Below the pieces are notes generated by a model that saw only the letters and a program-made list of their open reading frames with translations, did not search any database and was not told where the DNA came from. Of a DNA stretch of 64,000 bases, positions 34,243-53,029 are shown in pieces. Location: assembly GCA_009103225.1 (NCBI GenBank), contig RHPI01000638.1:248001-312000 (forward strand), written 5' to 3'. A program made the position numbers and the translations under genes. The DNA is from Chlorokybus atmophyticus. Its lineage: Eukaryota; Plantae; Mesostigma and Chlorokybus algae. The first letter of the stretch is position 1, and every line of letters starts with the position of its first letter.

Positions 34243-37200
34243 CTACTTCTCTTTCGTGAACATGCGCGGCGCTATGCACATGGCCATGAGCTCCTGGAAC
34301 AGGAGCTTGCAGGCGTACGGGATGTGGACTTGCACAATGGCAGTCTTGTTCTTGCAGCCTCGGCACTCAAAGGTGTTCTTGCGCAGGTTGGCGATGGCAA
34401 TGAGGCCGCAGTACTCGCACACGTGCACTCGGTATGCATCTGACTGGTCAAACAGCCTCTCCTTGAGGAAATGTGCAGCACCATGCGCGATGATGCAGTC
34501 CCGCTCCATCTCACCAAACCGCAGCCCGCCCTCTCGCGACCGGCCCTCCATAGGCTGGCGTGTCAAAATCTGCACGGGCCCTCGGCCACGCGAGTGGATC
34601 TTGTCATCCACCATGTGCTTCAGCCTCTGGTAGTATGTAGGTCCGATGAAGATCTGCGCCTGTAACCTCCTGCCGGTGTGACCATTGTAGAGCACCTCAT
34701 TGCCACGCAGCTGGTAGCCGCACTTGTGAAGCGCGCTGCTGATGTTCTCCACTGTCACATCAGTGAAGGGGGTGGCGTCTCCCTCCTTGCCCATGTACGC
34801 TGACACCTTGCCCATGAGACACTCAATGAGCTGGCCAATGGTCATACGGGACGGGATAGCGTGCGGGTTGACGATGATGTCGGGCGTGATGCCTTCCACC
34901 GTGAAGGGCATGTCTTCCTGAGTGTAAGTCATGCCCACCGTGCCCTTCTGGCCATGTCTGCTGGAGAACTTGTCGCCAATCTGAGGGACTCGGATGGAGC
35001 GGACCCGAATCTTAACAAACTTCAACCCCTGGTCGTTTGTCGTAAGCATCACTTGATCAATCATGCCAGTCTCGCTTGCCCGCATGGACAGACTGCTGTC
35101 CTTCTTGGTGAACCTGCTGGCCTGCGCCCCCGTCTTGTCCTCTGGAATAGGCACAGTCTTGCCAATGATGACGTCTTCGCCAGAAACCCTCGTGCCAGGC
35201 ATCACCAGCCCATCATCATCCAGCTTCTCATAGGAACCGTGCCGCATTGCCTGGGGCCAAGGGCGTTGGTTACTTCGAATTTACACAAGGTGCTATCACT
35301 CGCTGATTGTTGCTAAAGGAAACGCACAAGAGACAACACACATAGCACAGTGTTTACCGTGGTGACATCCCTGTTGGGCTTCTCTAGCTCTTCTTTGCAC
35401 AAGCTGCCCTGTTTCTTCTCTTCATCCTTGTAGGTGCGGAAGAAGATGGAGCGGAAGAGCCCTCGGTCAATGGCGGACTGGTTCATGATGACAGAATCTT
35501 CCTGGTTGTAGCCGGAGTAGCAACTGATAGCCACAATGGCATTTTGCCCAGCTGGCAACTCTCTGAAGTGAAGATATTCCATAGCACGCGTAGTGACAAG
35601 AGGCTTCTGTGGGTAGTATAGTACAAATGCTAGCGTGTCCATACGCAACTGGTAGTTGGTGACATAGATGCCCATAGCCTGCTTCCCCATAGCAGACTGA
35701 TAAGTGTTACGGGGCGACTGATTATGATCAGGGAAGGGGATGATGGATGCGCAGATGCCCAAGATCATCGACGGGTGGATCTCGCAGTGCGTGTATGTTT
35801 CAGAGTATGCCTCTTCGGGGTTGTTGCGAGCATTCGACAGATCCTGAATGGTCATGGAGATCATGGTGGTCTCCTCTTCTTCCGTGTCAACATACTCGAT
35901 GAAGCCATTGGAGACCAAGTCATGCCACCCATAGTGCGTGACATCCTTGTTCTGCAGCTTCACAATGTCGCTCTTCTTGATAAGCAGCTTCTGCTTCTCA
36001 ACGATGAAGAGCGGTCTGCAACAGCGGCCATAATCGGTGTACAGCCGCAGCTCCTTCAACCTGATGTCCCGAACCACACCGACCTCCGTGTTCACATCAG
36101 TTTGGCGCCGCAGCTGTCGAAGAGTCCTTACCAACAGGTCCGGATCTCTATGAATGCCAACCCAGCAACCATTGACGAAAATCTTCGTTGCGTTGGGGAT
36201 GACAGATGCAGATATTTCCTCCAGGTTCTCTGTGGACCACTCTTCCAAGAACTCCAGGATGGGGGCAGATGGCGAGCCAACGGAAATGTATGCCATAAGG
36301 GCAAGGTTCTTCACCAGCCCACATGCTTGGCCTTCTGGTGTTTCAGCTGGACATATCATACCCCAGTGACTGTTGTGCAGCTGGCGCGGCTTTGCAAGCT
36401 TGCCCTCACGTCCAATGGGAGAGTTCAGCCGCCTCAAGTGAGAAAGCGTGGATGCATAAGTCAAACGATTCAACACCTGAGAGAGGCACAGAGTCAGCCG
36501 CAGTTCATCCAAAGCGGGTCCCCAACACAACTTCAGCGGAGTGCATATGCAGTGTGAGCAACTTGTATGCAAGAAAGTCTTACAAAGCAGCTATGACAAT
36601 GTCAACACACCTGTGACACGCCAGCGCGCACTCCTTGACCTCCCTGAGCTCCCCAGTTGCCTGTGGCAAGGGAGTACTTGAGGCCTGAAGTGATGGTCTT
36701 GGCCTTGACTGCGTAGGCAAGGTTGACCTCCTTGCCATTGTCCAGGCACTTCTGAAGATACGACCTGACATCCTTTGTGAGCTTGCGGAAGAGCTGCCTG
36801 AACAAGGAGCCCAGTAGAGGCCCAGCCAAATCCAGTCGCTTGTTGCCATAATGATCTCGATCGTCTTCTGCACGGCGGCCAAGCGCGCAAAGCAGCATGC
36901 GGTGGATGATGTAACCAAAGAAGTATGCTTTCTTGGTCTCGCAGCCCTCCCCAACACCCACATGCGGAAGCATCTCCCGTTGCAACACGTCTCGTGCGTA
37001 TCTGATACGCTTCTCCCTTGTGACACCCACCGTGGCGCCACGCTTGCCGATGTAATCCAGCGCAACTTCTTGGGACTGGATGACTACTGCTTCTTCAAGT
37101 GAAGGCCGTAGTAGCTCCATCATGGCATTGTCACCAAAGCCGTAACAGATGTGCTCCAGAATCTCCTTATCTGCAACAAAACCGAGCGCGCGGAAGACCA

Positions 37201-38966
37201 CAACAATGGGAATCTGTGCCCTGATGTATGGCAAAGTGGCTCGGATGTACTGACCCGAGGCACCCCTTGCGCCTGACCTGCAGCAATACACAGTGAGACT
37301 TACGTCATGAAGCAAACCGTACAGTAGCATGATAAACTGGCGCTCAATAGGCACAGCATGCACGAAGCAAGACTGATAATGACGCACCTTGCCAACATCT
37401 GCACAAACAGCGTGCTAACAGGTCTGGACCCTGTCTCTGACAAGGACCGGCACTCAGCTACAAAGGAGTACTTGTTGGGTTGTCGCTTCTTGAACACATA
37501 CACATGGTTGCTGCTCATCTTCTCCTGGGCTATCAGGACCTTCTCTGACCCGTTGATGACAAAGTAACCGCCTTGATCGTATGGGCATTCCCCAAGCTCG
37601 GTCAAGTCCTTATCGGTGTTGTCATACAAACTGCAGTATGTCGAGCGCAGCATGATGGGCACCTTGCCAATGAACACCTTTGGCAGTTCTTCTTTCTCCA
37701 TCTCTTCCTCACCATCAGCGCCGTGCGTGACTGTGGTCTTCAATATGTCCACATACAGTGGTGCTGAGTAGGTGAGGTTGCGCAGTCGCGCATCCTTTGG
37801 GAACAATGTGGTGGTTTCTCCATCAGACTCTGTCATCATAGGCTTGGAGAGATAAATCTGTCCAAACTTGATTTTGTACGATGCAACGCTGAGTTCCACC
37901 TGTACCAACAGCAAAGTGAGCAACACACCCAGACCATTGCTAGTATGCAAAGATGTGTGCATATTCACTGTCACACAGAGTTTTGTTATGTTATGCCACG
38001 CACGGACATGGACGTTTGCACAGAGACAGACACGTAACCATGCAGACATGCATGTGCCTAAACAGATGCAGCATACATGCGTTTCTTGAACCCATCATAT
38101 ACAAACTCACGAGGCTTCTCTGCATGTGTTGCTTTTGATAGCAACGCACCTGCTGGCCAGGATGATGCTGACTCTCTGGGGTGATCTCAATCTCCCCAGA
38201 CTCATCAACGATTTCTTGCATAGTATTCTGAATGAACTCGTCAAAACTGTCAAGTTGCTGCCGCACCAGGCCCTTCTCTTCAAAATAGGCACTGATGACG
38301 GACCATGCATCCTCCTACAGCATGCAAGCATTAGTCAAGCAAGAATGTTTGCAGAGACCTGTTCGCACAATTGGCAGCTAGTGCAATATCCTCTGAACGT
38401 CAGCTGATTAGTCTGTGATAAGCAACATCATCTGCGAAATCAGATACCAATTCTGCATGTAATGTTAGCGCAACTGCCTGAAAGCAACCTTGGAATCGTT
38501 CACATTACTCAAGGTGCGAGCAATCAAAGGAATGCACTGGTAAGAGCAATAGGCACAATTCACAGTAAGCGCGAGCATAACATTCACTTGGTCAGGTGGG
38601 CAACTGTATAACACCAGTCTCCAGTAAACCCTAAGCGCGGTTGTTCCCTAGCTCATTTGACCTGACTTGGGCAACCAAGTGTTTGACAGCAACTGACCAA
38701 CAAACATACTCGCCAAAACTTATTGCCTTCGACACCACTTGCATAGGACTCAATCGCAAGGCATGGCTTTCTTTAACAATTCAAAGCGAGGCTGGAAACC
38801 GACCCTAGTGTGCAAAACCTAGACGGCGACCAGCGCATGCAAAAAGACTTGGTTGCTTAACAAGATATATCGAGAATTCGTACAGCGGCTATGAGGCAAA
38901 TCTGCTAACCTGTGTGATCTCATCATCCTCTTCCATCATCGCCTCATCAGCGCTGCCGCCATACAT
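34243..38966 (-). CDS. RPB2: RNA polymerase II second-largest subunit; exons 38966-38910, 38314-38150, 37899-37388, 37277-36611, 36476-35358, 35250-34243
   Basis: Hallmark motifs [74 protein letters not shown] and [11 protein letters not shown]. All junctions are GT-AG and in frame. Confidence 0.99.
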
Positions 38967-39370
38967 GTTGGCTGGCCTGGGAAAGGCGGGCGCCAAGCCC
39001 TGAGAACCACTCCAACAACCAAACCTTGCCTGCTACTGCTTTCAGCAGCTCACCCCATGCGCATCTATGTTGATGTTACGCCAATCAAAGAGCAGACGCT
39101 GCAAAATTGCGGGCGACGGTACTACTGCTCCTCAGCCGCCGCCAACTCTACGGCCGCCGCCGCCGCCGCTGCCGCCAACGACGACGACAACTACACACTT
39201 AGTGTCGCCGCTTGCCCTTGGTTTTGGCTTGAGCGAACCAAACCCTCATTCCGATCGTGGTCGGAGGAGAGGCTTAAGTCTGATCAGCTCCCAATCACTA
39301 CCAGCTCCCCCAATCCGGACTCAAGGTTCATCACTGCCTTGGAGCCACAACGGACCATGTTTTAGGCCTA

Positions 39371-41083
39371 CCGTTTTTACCCAAACACAGTCCCCCCCTT
39401 AAAAAAGCCGGGGGGGGACTGTGTTTTAACCTTTTGCGTCCCCCCCAAATTTTAGTGTCCCCCCAAAGGGGGACTGTACTATATGTGTGGTAAATATACG
39501 TGTTAAATGTGGTTTATATGTATATTTATGATGTTAGTATCCGTATAAATAAGTACATATTTATATTTACTACAAGCACCATATACTTGCAGTTTTTGGA
39601 CGCATATATTGCAATGTCATGCATTTGTGTTGTGTACATAATGGTATCGCATATAACATGTGTATTTCGGCTGTTGACCATGTTTAATATTGCAATAACT
39701 ATAGCGTGTAATCAATTAGCGTTACATGGTAGAGTAAATCAGTTAGAACGAGGGTGAGTAGTGGCGGCATGTCTTTGGGGTATGGGGCCTGCCCCGACCT
39801 CGTACCGCAAAAAACGCGGCCGATGTAATCACCAACTGTGCTGCAATTGCACAATTCCCTAGCGATTTTGGGTCGCCGTTGGCAAGCAGTTGCCGCCGAG
39901 ATAGTTTTCAGCATCGTTTATACATCTCTGCAATGATTGGGCAATTCGCTGCCTTTTGCAGCAACGGCTGTTGTCACCGTTGCAATTTCATTTAATCAAT
40001 TCATGCGTGTTCAAATAGTGGCCTAACGATGCAATTTTTGCGTTTGGCTGAATTTTCGCGTTAAGGTCAATTAGGTTAGCATTATTTCAATGGTTGTAAC
40101 CTTGGCATTCCTTATTGAAGTTATATCACGTAATGTGACGTGAACGTTATGTTGATTATTAAGTTCTGTAACACTTAACTGCAGGTTGCTAGTTACATTG
40201 CAACATATTGCAACATATGTGCTTCATTTTGCAACACATCAGAGATATTGTGCATGTGGACTTTGCTTCAGTGCACGCCCTAATTGCTGGACTGTGCCGA
40301 GATTGTTCGTTTGAATGGTCAACAGCCAAACAAACGATCAACATGTATCAATGTATCTCCATAGCTATTAATTTTATTACTGAAACACAAAAAAATAATC
40401 AACATGCAGCCATAAGCGGCCACGTGCAGAACTGTGCTTAATTTTTGGTGCATGCGTTTAAATAATTGGTATGCTTTGGACGGCCATGATCGTTTAGGCA
40501 GATCTAACGGTGTAACGCTTGTACTCGCTGCCTAGCCAAGAGAGATGAGAAGCAGGCGGGCCGCACATACTGCCGCGCAGCCCGGCGGTCGCGGGTGCCG
40601 TGTGATGGCCCATGGCGCGGGATGTGTGATGTAGGTGGTATGCCGGCCGGCCGGCCGACAGGCCCGACCAAACAGCCGCACCACTCGTTATTATTTTATA
40701 GCGTAATATACGTATATGCTTGCCATGTTAATGTGTGTGACATGACATGCGATGTCAATTGTCTTTCTTGTGGCCCATAAGAAAGACAATATGGCCTACA
40801 AGTTGTGGGCCATTGTGGCATATATGTTTCTTTTCTCATGGGCCGTCAAAGTGCTGCCGCCTTTGCAGCTGGCCTGCCGGCACCAGTATAGGTTACGCTA
40901 TCGGATACGACCAATAGCGTAACCCACACACTTGATGACGTAATTTATGGGGGACTATGCTGCGCTCAGGTACACAACAAAGTCCCCCATCGTAACACAT
41001 TCCCCCCCTTAACACAGTCCCCCCCAGCATAATTGAGGGGGCGACTCTATATAAAGGGGGGCCCTGTATTGGGGTAGATACGG
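39371..41083. mobile_element. Non-autonomous Tc1/mariner (pogo/Tigger-like) element
   Basis: Imperfect ~30-bp TIRs CCGTTTTTACCCAAACACAGTCCCCCCCTT / CCGTATCTACCCCAATACAGGGCCCCCCTT, TA on both sides, subterminal CAGTCCCCCC/GGGGGACTG repeats at both ends, and no transposase ORF. Confidence 0.7.
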
Positions 41084-41439
41084 TACTCAATAGGTAACCT
41101 CTATTGATTGGTCAGTGAGCAAGAAGATAATACTCATGAACTCAACTACGGTAGTGATGATTATGCTGATACCATGACGAACTGCAACATGCGCAATGGG
41201 GTATAGTATAAGCAATCACGAGTCAACAATGATATTATTATGACAGATGTATGTTACATAAACTTGGTACTTTTGCTAAGTCACTCATGCTTGCCGATTT
41301 AAATCTGCTTGTGTAAAATCTTATTGATGCTTTGCATTCTCATGCGAATATATGATGAAATTCTTTCTCTCTTGCATGGTGATTGTTGATAATTATTAAC
41401 ATTCAGTAACAAAAATAGCCGGATGCGATCATATTTACT

Positions 41440-41699
<260 letters not shown>

Positions 41700-42855
41700 C
41701 TTACATACACGCATGGGTCATGAGTGTATGCGTATGCATCAACAATCTGATGTATTATGGTATACATGCAGAAACAATTGATCACTGCACACTTTTTGTG
41801 TACTTAGGCTCACTACTTAATCAGACAAACGAGCAAAATTAAGCACATTTACTGTTTTTAAAACAAGCGCAAACTGTAATGTGTGATGCGTATACGATAC
41901 GCAAGCCTTTGAACATGCACCTATCCACCAGTCACATAATACATCAACAACACACTGAAATATGATTGCACTTGATAGCGTGTGCTGCGTATACAACACG
42001 TGCTGAACAATGTTTCATGCAATAGTCTTGGGACTTCAACGTTTGCTTCATCAACTTTGTGTTTGTATTGACATGTTGGCGTTTTTCACAATATAATAGC
42101 TAACAACATGATGTCTGTCTCATCAAAGTTGTGGTCATGAAGAGCTTAGACTATCACTTGCAAATTTGCATTTGCTGAATAGGCTGCCCATGTCGTGCGT
42201 TAATGTAATAAACGAATACCGGTAGTTTCTCCCTAGAAGTGCAACCATGGAAGAGCAATTGATCATCTGCCATCCATCTTGCCAGATCCACAAGCTGCTG
42301 GACAATCGTATGGCTATCGCACAACTGTCGCACCTCGAAGCCGCGATAGCCGTTCAATGTCGTACTTCACCTTAAATGTGCTGTAAGAAATCCTGTCGGC
42401 ACATGCCAGGCTGGCGGTTGAACCGGTTTTGGGACCACGGTTACCGCAGCCGGCTGATCGGTTTTTCTCTGGTTGAAACCGCAAGTTAAATGCCTTTTTC
42501 CGCACCCTGCCCTGCTATCCACAACGCTCATCACATTCATGACCAGCAGCGGTTAAATCCACTGTGCGAAATAAAGCCCCTCATAACTAGGAACACTTTT
42601 AACTACCAACGGCATAAACCAACCGCTGGGCACGCACCCGCGGTTAAAGTAAACCAAGCCGTACATGGCTGCCCGTACCGTTGAACTCTAAAGTGACTTT
42701 GCAAATGCAATGAGTCATTGAACTACACGCCGTTTAGGAGACTGCTCCGGTATGTGACACTCACATTGAACTAAATTTATAACGCTTCTGCATTGCTTTG
42801 CTGAGCTTTGCTTCAGCGGAAACGGTGAGGAGGCGGCGGAGGCGGCGAGGAAGCA

Positions 42856-45655
42856 ATGGCAAAGCGCCACGTGGAGGACTGGGCGTCTCTACCCAACGAC
42901 TGCCTCCTGCTTGTCCTATCCCGTGTGTCTGGCAGGGATGCTGCCCTCTGCGCCGCCGTCTGCAGGTGAGCGACACTCTCCATGTCCAAGCTTGGTCTTG
43001 CCTGGCCTGGCCTGGCCAGGCCTGGTCCAGCCCTGATGGTGTGGTAGTAACATGTCATGACACCAATGCGATCACAGAGGCTGGCGTGTGGCTGCGGAGT
43101 GTGAAGTGTTATGGAGGGACATGTGCGCACGTGAGTTGCAACTGTCCAGTCTGGGGGAGTCTACAATCAAGCGCTACAGCAGGTGAGAACACAATACACA
43201 TTGGCTGTTGGATTCCCCAACACTCATTCACATAAAATGCAACTTCTCTCGTTCACCTCATGTGACACAGATCTTCAGAACTACATGCCCAATGCATGGA
43301 AGCTCCAAGTGTTTATATGTAACATGAGCCTCCAACACACTATGCAGAGCCCAACTCAGCTGCGCAAGTACAACACGTTACTATATTGTGCTATGCACAG
43401 TAAGGGTTACACTTTTACTGCTGGTTAAAGCTGTTATTGAGCTGATTCATTCATTGCATGGCAGCTGGCACGGTGCGTACGCCAACGTTTGCCACACGCA
43501 ACACAACTGGTCATTTGGGCGCTGCGACGTGCGCACAGTCGCAGGTGCGCATGCACAGACATACTGTATGTGACACACAACAACAACAACACTTCCATGT
43601 TGGGTTGACGTTTACTCGTCCGCACAGCGCACAAGCATCTCAAAGTGGGTGAGCACATGCTGTCGGAGCGCGTGGAGGACTTGTACATATATGGTTCACG
43701 TATAGTGAGTTTGCACTCCGGTCACGATCGCACCACACCTGTACAGGTGAGTGCTGTTGCTGCAACGTGTGTGTCCATGCGCATGCGCATACACAAACCC
43801 AACACGCAAGTGGTCTCACCCTTCGTGCTGCCGGTTCGCAGTACGCACACCTGTGGGATGTTGAGTCCGGCCAATGCATCCGCTTGCTCGCGCTGTGGGA
43901 GACAGCGCACGGACAACAAGTGAGGTGAGATAGCTGTTGTCAACAATCTTGGCATGAGATTGTCTCAAAGCTCATGGCTTGATGGACACAACTTGGCCCA
44001 CACACACAACTTGTGTTACATAGGTTGGTGGGTGATGGACCGCGCGTGGCCATAGCCGAGGAGTCGTGGGGTGTCCGTGTGTTTGACCTCGAGTCGGGGG
44101 CACCTGTGTGCGAGACAGCCAATGGCGGGACACTGGGCAAAGCGCATGCACTGGCGCTTGACAGCACTCGTCTCGCAAGGCATGCACATATGCGTGCCCT
44201 GTGTCGTGTGCAATCGCTCACGCACGTGTATTGTATTTGTGTGTGTGCGTGTGCAAGTGTGAGCGCATGTGTGCATGCATGCATGTGCGTGCGAGTGCGC
44301 GTGCGTGTGTGACCGTGTGTGCGGGTGCACTGGCACGTATGCGAGCTGGCGTGGATACACGTGTGTGCGTGCTTTCTGTGTGGGTGGGCGTGCATGCGTG
44401 AGTTCGTGCATATGCGCAGTCACGCATGCACGCACGTGCACAGACGTGCAAGGCGAGTGTGAGGGTGCGTCACTCAACTTACACTTGTTGTGCTGCAGCG
44501 CGCACGTTTCACAAGCAGACCGATCCGCCATCTTCGTACGTGTTTGGGAACTCAACAGTGCGAACGTAATGCAGCCCAAGCAGGTGAGAGTGACTTGTCA
44601 AAGCAAGTCCCAAGCGCCCCAAGCGTCTGTCTAATTCAAACCTGTTGCCCGACTGATTTGTTACTATTTGCAGGCTCTGCATCTGCGTGTGCATGGGGAC
44701 TATGAGGATGCGGTGTTTACGCTGGGGTTGTTTCCCAACCGCGTGGAGTGCGCAGCTGTGTTTGATGACGAAGTCATACGCTGCTGGGATGTTGTGCAAC
44801 AGAGGTATAGCCACGCTGTCCACATTGTTGCAAGCCTTTGACACGCACGCGCGCACGCTCGCACATATGTATGCATCAAGTGCTGCAGTGCAACAGAAAG
44901 TTGACCACATATTTGCCATCATTGCAGGCAGCTGTCACAGATTGCACCCAGTGGAACCCCGCACAAGGTAGGAGCTGCGAGCTTTGTGCGTATGTGCGTG
45001 CCTATGTGTGTACATTGTGTAAATGTATGCAGTCATGTGCACAAGGAATGCAATGCCGTGATACATGTACATGTGGCTTACATAACGGTATTGCAGAGGC
45101 AGACACTCAAGTTGGCTATCACGCCTACACGCATAATCAGCAGAAGTGCAACGCATGTGCGGGCATGGGACAAACTCACTGGCACGGTATGTCACCTTTA
45201 GCCTCGCTGCATGCTTTCAGTATGCAACAGCACAGTTTGTGGCCATGAAAGCAATGAAAAAGCCAGCACTACAACACCACTAACTCAATGAAACAACACA
45301 GTACAATACACTGAATGTGACACACATGCAGATGCAGCAATCCCTTCAGCTGCACGGGCTCGTGCGCCATCCGGGCTACTCCAAGGCCAGTGTAGCGTTC
45401 CTATCCGTGAGCCGTTGCTATCAGTACGTGGTCACGATGTCGAGAACCGCGCGGGACGAAGAGCCCGTAATAGTGCGCGTGCGCGTGGACACGGGCTCAA
45501 TGCAGGTGTTCAAAATCCACAACCAGCGTCTGCGCGAGCATCTGCTACCAATCGGCTGCCTGTTTGCTAACGACGAGTGCATTACCATTGGAGGTGACGG
45601 GCAACGCCTCAGCACGCTCTCCTTTACTCCCCCCCGCACGCTACCCTACGCATGA
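42856..45655 (+). CDS. F-box protein with a C-terminal WD40-like/beta-propeller region, ~10 exons
   Basis: Exon 1 MAKRHVEDWASLPNDCLLLVLSRVSGRDAALCAAVCR (F-box). Later exons have WD-like strands (GVRVFDLESG, VRVWELNS, IRCWDVVQ, VRAWDKLTG). Stop at 45655. Confidence 0.8.
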
Positions 45656-46416
45656 GTGGGCTCTTACTCCACACTCTGCACTTGACATCTTGTTCCTTCT
45701 AACAGTATGCGGTTGCAATGCCTGCGGCACACAGTACAGACATTGCGATCCCATGACTTCTGAGTTTGTAGCGATATACCGGTACTTGTAATGTGGACTT
45801 TCTTGTTTCCGTATTGCAGAGACACTTCCAGGTCACCTTTGTGGCTGTATGTTCTTGCAATACCTTGTCTAAACTTCTCGGTCTCCAACTCTAATCAAGA
45901 ACTTTGACTTTCACTACTCTCTATTGCACTTGCTTTGCATTTGGTTTGCTGCCTTGATGTACACATCTACTTCAACAGAGAATCATGCAGACCAAATGTC
46001 ACTACCTGTATGCTATACCCCCATACTCACGTGCGCACTGTCCACAACCATAAGCATTAACACTGCAGGTATGTCACTCATCAAGCGCCGTCTAGGCAGA
46101 AGGTCAAGCAGCAGGTTGACTCCACCAAAAACCGCCTTGAGCTAAACTGTGTGACACATGTTGGGCATAGTTCTTGGTTTTGCCATATGCAGCATGTGAG
46201 AACAACCTCAATTCTCGCTGATTTTGGCATAAAGCAGTTGAGAACAGCTATCAACAAGTCGCAACTTGATCGGGTACACTATCCGTGCGCTTGTTTGGTG
46301 ATTAGCACCAAACATTAGCCCATGAACACTTGAAACAACCAGTTGCACACATGCCCATGTAGAAGCAATGCTACCCAAACTTTGCTCTACTTCTACGCAA
46401 CTGCCAACCCGCTGAC

Positions 46417-47028
<612 letters not shown>

Positions 47029-47053
47029 NATCCCCCAAGCGTGCGCTGGTGAA

Positions 47054-50366
<3,313 letters not shown>

Positions 50367-51787
50367 GGCTGCAGACGGCAGCGGCGGCGATTACACGATG
50401 GGTTGGCGCAACAGGGACTTTTGCCTGCAAAGCCCCCAGCTGTGCCCTGCGGCAGCCTGAGACACTATGTGGCCAACTGCAGCAGTGCAGCAGCAACTCT
50501 CAGGATGAATAGTGTACAACGTCTAGATTGTGCTCTCAGCTCTAGCATTTTAGCGCGAAGGTCCTTCACAAGCCCGCCGCCGCCGCCGCCGTCGCCGCCG
50601 CCGCCGCTGTGCTGCAGAAAGTGATCCACACAGGCAGGATTCAGTGACCCAATTGTGGGTTCAGTGCCCAACAACAACTGCAGATTCATGAACATGCTTG
50701 GCACCGATCCGTGCAAACTCCAGCACTGCATTGCGTTGTAAGGGAAAAGGGGACCTGAAGATGTATACCTGAAGAGCCAGGCAGGTTGGCAGGCACAATC
50801 TGTATCACAGTCAGACTCACAAGCCACACAAGCATGTAACACATCATGGCATCAATCCAACAAGCTGTGCCCTGCATGCACACACCATGTGGCATGCAAC
50901 GGCGCATGCCATTTACCTGATAATGAGTGTGATTAGCAAATCATACAAACCAACCATCATGTTTAGCATGTTTACCACCGGGCTCCTCTCCCCTACTTCA
51001 ATTGCCATTAACATTTACACCACCACCGCGCAAACATCCACGCTTGATCAGCCTAAACATGTGTTTATATTAGCTCGTTGGTGTTGCTAATGTGTTTTGC
51101 CCACCAATATTTGAGGCCCCTTTACTATACCTTAACATAAACACTCACGCTTAGCATGTGACATGCTTACAAATAATAATGCAATCGTGATTGTAAGCAC
51201 TCGGTGTACAACTTGTGCAATGATTGAAGCCGTATAAAAATGCAATTGGCTTTGCATTAGTCACGAACGTTCAACCACGAGAGCTGCCGAAACTTGCTTT
51301 CGAAATCAAGCCTCCTTACAATCTGTGTGCTTGAGTTGTCGACCACCTTGAGGGTAAGCCAAAAGCAATAATGTGATTAAGTTCTCTCCCCCCCGGCCAT
51401 GTATTGCAAGTTATGTGTAAATGCAATGAAGTAAATTTAACAAAAGTTAATTATGATAATGCGAGAGCAAGCTAGCAACATGAGATGGCAATTGTGTGTT
51501 CAATGCACTCTTATGTGCACGTCTTGGAATGCCACAAGTCACAATGTACACATCGTGATGTATATTGTAAGCTGCGGTCATCAAGAGTAAACATGTCTTT
51601 CTCAACTTGGGTTGGTCCTAAATCGAAAGCAAAATGTTGCTATTCTGAATGGAGCAGCATAAGTTATGCTTCATATGATCATATGTGATACTAGCAACAT
51701 GGGGTAAACACATGCACATGACTTACATGCGCATGGCGAATGCGTAACAGCTGATGATGTAATCATGTGGTTGCGCGCGCGCATCTT

Positions 51788-51791
<4 letters not shown>

Positions 51792-51844
<53 letters not shown>
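51792..51844. repeat. (CT)n microsatellite
   Basis: Direct reading. Confidence 0.95.
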
Positions 51845-51855
<11 letters not shown>

Positions 51856-52071
51856 GGAACTCGCGCGGGAACTCGCACATGCAAATCTACGTGAACATGC
51901 AATGGTACAACACCTTGCATACATACATAACAAACGAATTCGAATGATGATCACGCTAGTCAAGTTGTGTGGTAAACAATAATTACGTATGTGGTACGCA
52001 AGGTGGTGGTAGAATAGCTATTACATATCATGCATTCCAAGCAGCAATGTCATGATTGACAACCTTAGCTA

Positions 52072-53029
52072 TCAAGTTTGTTCAAACTCCAAGAGCACAC
52101 CTGCCATGTCTTTGGGATGCATGAAGATAACAGGCTTGTTATGGGAACCCAGCTTGGGCTTAGCAAGAACTCGTACTTGCTGTGCTGTTACATGGTCCAC
52201 TGCCTGATTGATGTCATTGACCTGTTACCGTGACAACATCCAACCTTGTTATTTGAGCAACTCGCCGGCATGCACCGGCTCATCATATCTGGTAACGCAT
52301 CCATGCAAGCATCTCACCTCCAAGCACATATGGTGCAGACCTCCTGAAGGGTTTTTCTCTAGAAACCTGTTGTACAACATGATAGTCGTAATGCGCGTAG
52401 AATATGTATGCTTCAGCGACCCAGACAGCGCACAGACAACAACAAAGCGCGCGTCTTGTAATACTTGTAATACTTACTCCACTTACTTTGCTATTGGGCT
52501 GTTTTCTCCAAGAGGCTGCAGCAGCTCAATCTTCGTGTTTGGCAGCTCAACAAAGACAACACTCACTCCGTGCTGTGGCACATCCTATCATGGACAGACA
52601 CAATAATGATGTTAAGCAATGCCTGGTGCTCATCGCTGTAAGTGTGTTGGCAAGTATGTTTATGCAAGACAAGCTCACACCATATACTGAGGCCTTAAGC
52701 AGCAACACACAGAGCAAAGCTCAGCCGCGATGAGAGACAATGGCAGTTAGGCCTTTTGCTTGCCTGCTGCTCAGTGACTTTAACGCCCAGAACATTTCTG
52801 TAACGCTCGGCGGCGACGCGGACGTCCGGGACGACGACAGCAACATGGTTCAGGCGGCCAGCCACCGCCTGCGCCGGCTCAGCAGCCTAGATGGATGATT
52901 GCAAAAGGCCAATGCCACTAAGTGTCAGCTTCCACAGCCAGCACAGACGCGACGCCTCAGCTGAAGCATGCGTTCACTAACCACACTGCTGCTCGCCCGC
53001 CTCGCCGCCCATGCCGCCGCCCGCAACAT
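52072..53029 (-). CDS. MCEE: Methylmalonyl-CoA epimerase (VOC/glyoxalase fold), with a probable mitochondrial transit peptide
   Basis: Not in the ORF track because the exons are short. Spliced translation MLRAAAWAARRASSSV|...GRLNHVAVVVPDV...VLGVKVTEQQ|DVPQHGVSVVFVELPNTKIELLQPLGENSPIAK|FLEKNPSGGLHHMCLE|VNDINQAV...KLGSHNKPVIFMHPKDMAGVLLEFEQT*. Confidence 0.9.

Noticed and set aside
35724-36557. 277-aa plus-strand ORF and other antisense ORFs over RPB2, ALDH2 and the transposases
   Set aside because: Antisense shadows of real GC-rich coding exons.
42400-42680. CGGTT/AACCG-rich patch as a hAT-like MITE
   Set aside because: No convincing TIR pair or TSD; it may simply be promoter sequence of the F-box gene.
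45664-46260. Minus-strand ORF pieces between the F-box gene and the poly-C
   Set aside because: No family recognised and no coherent exon chain.
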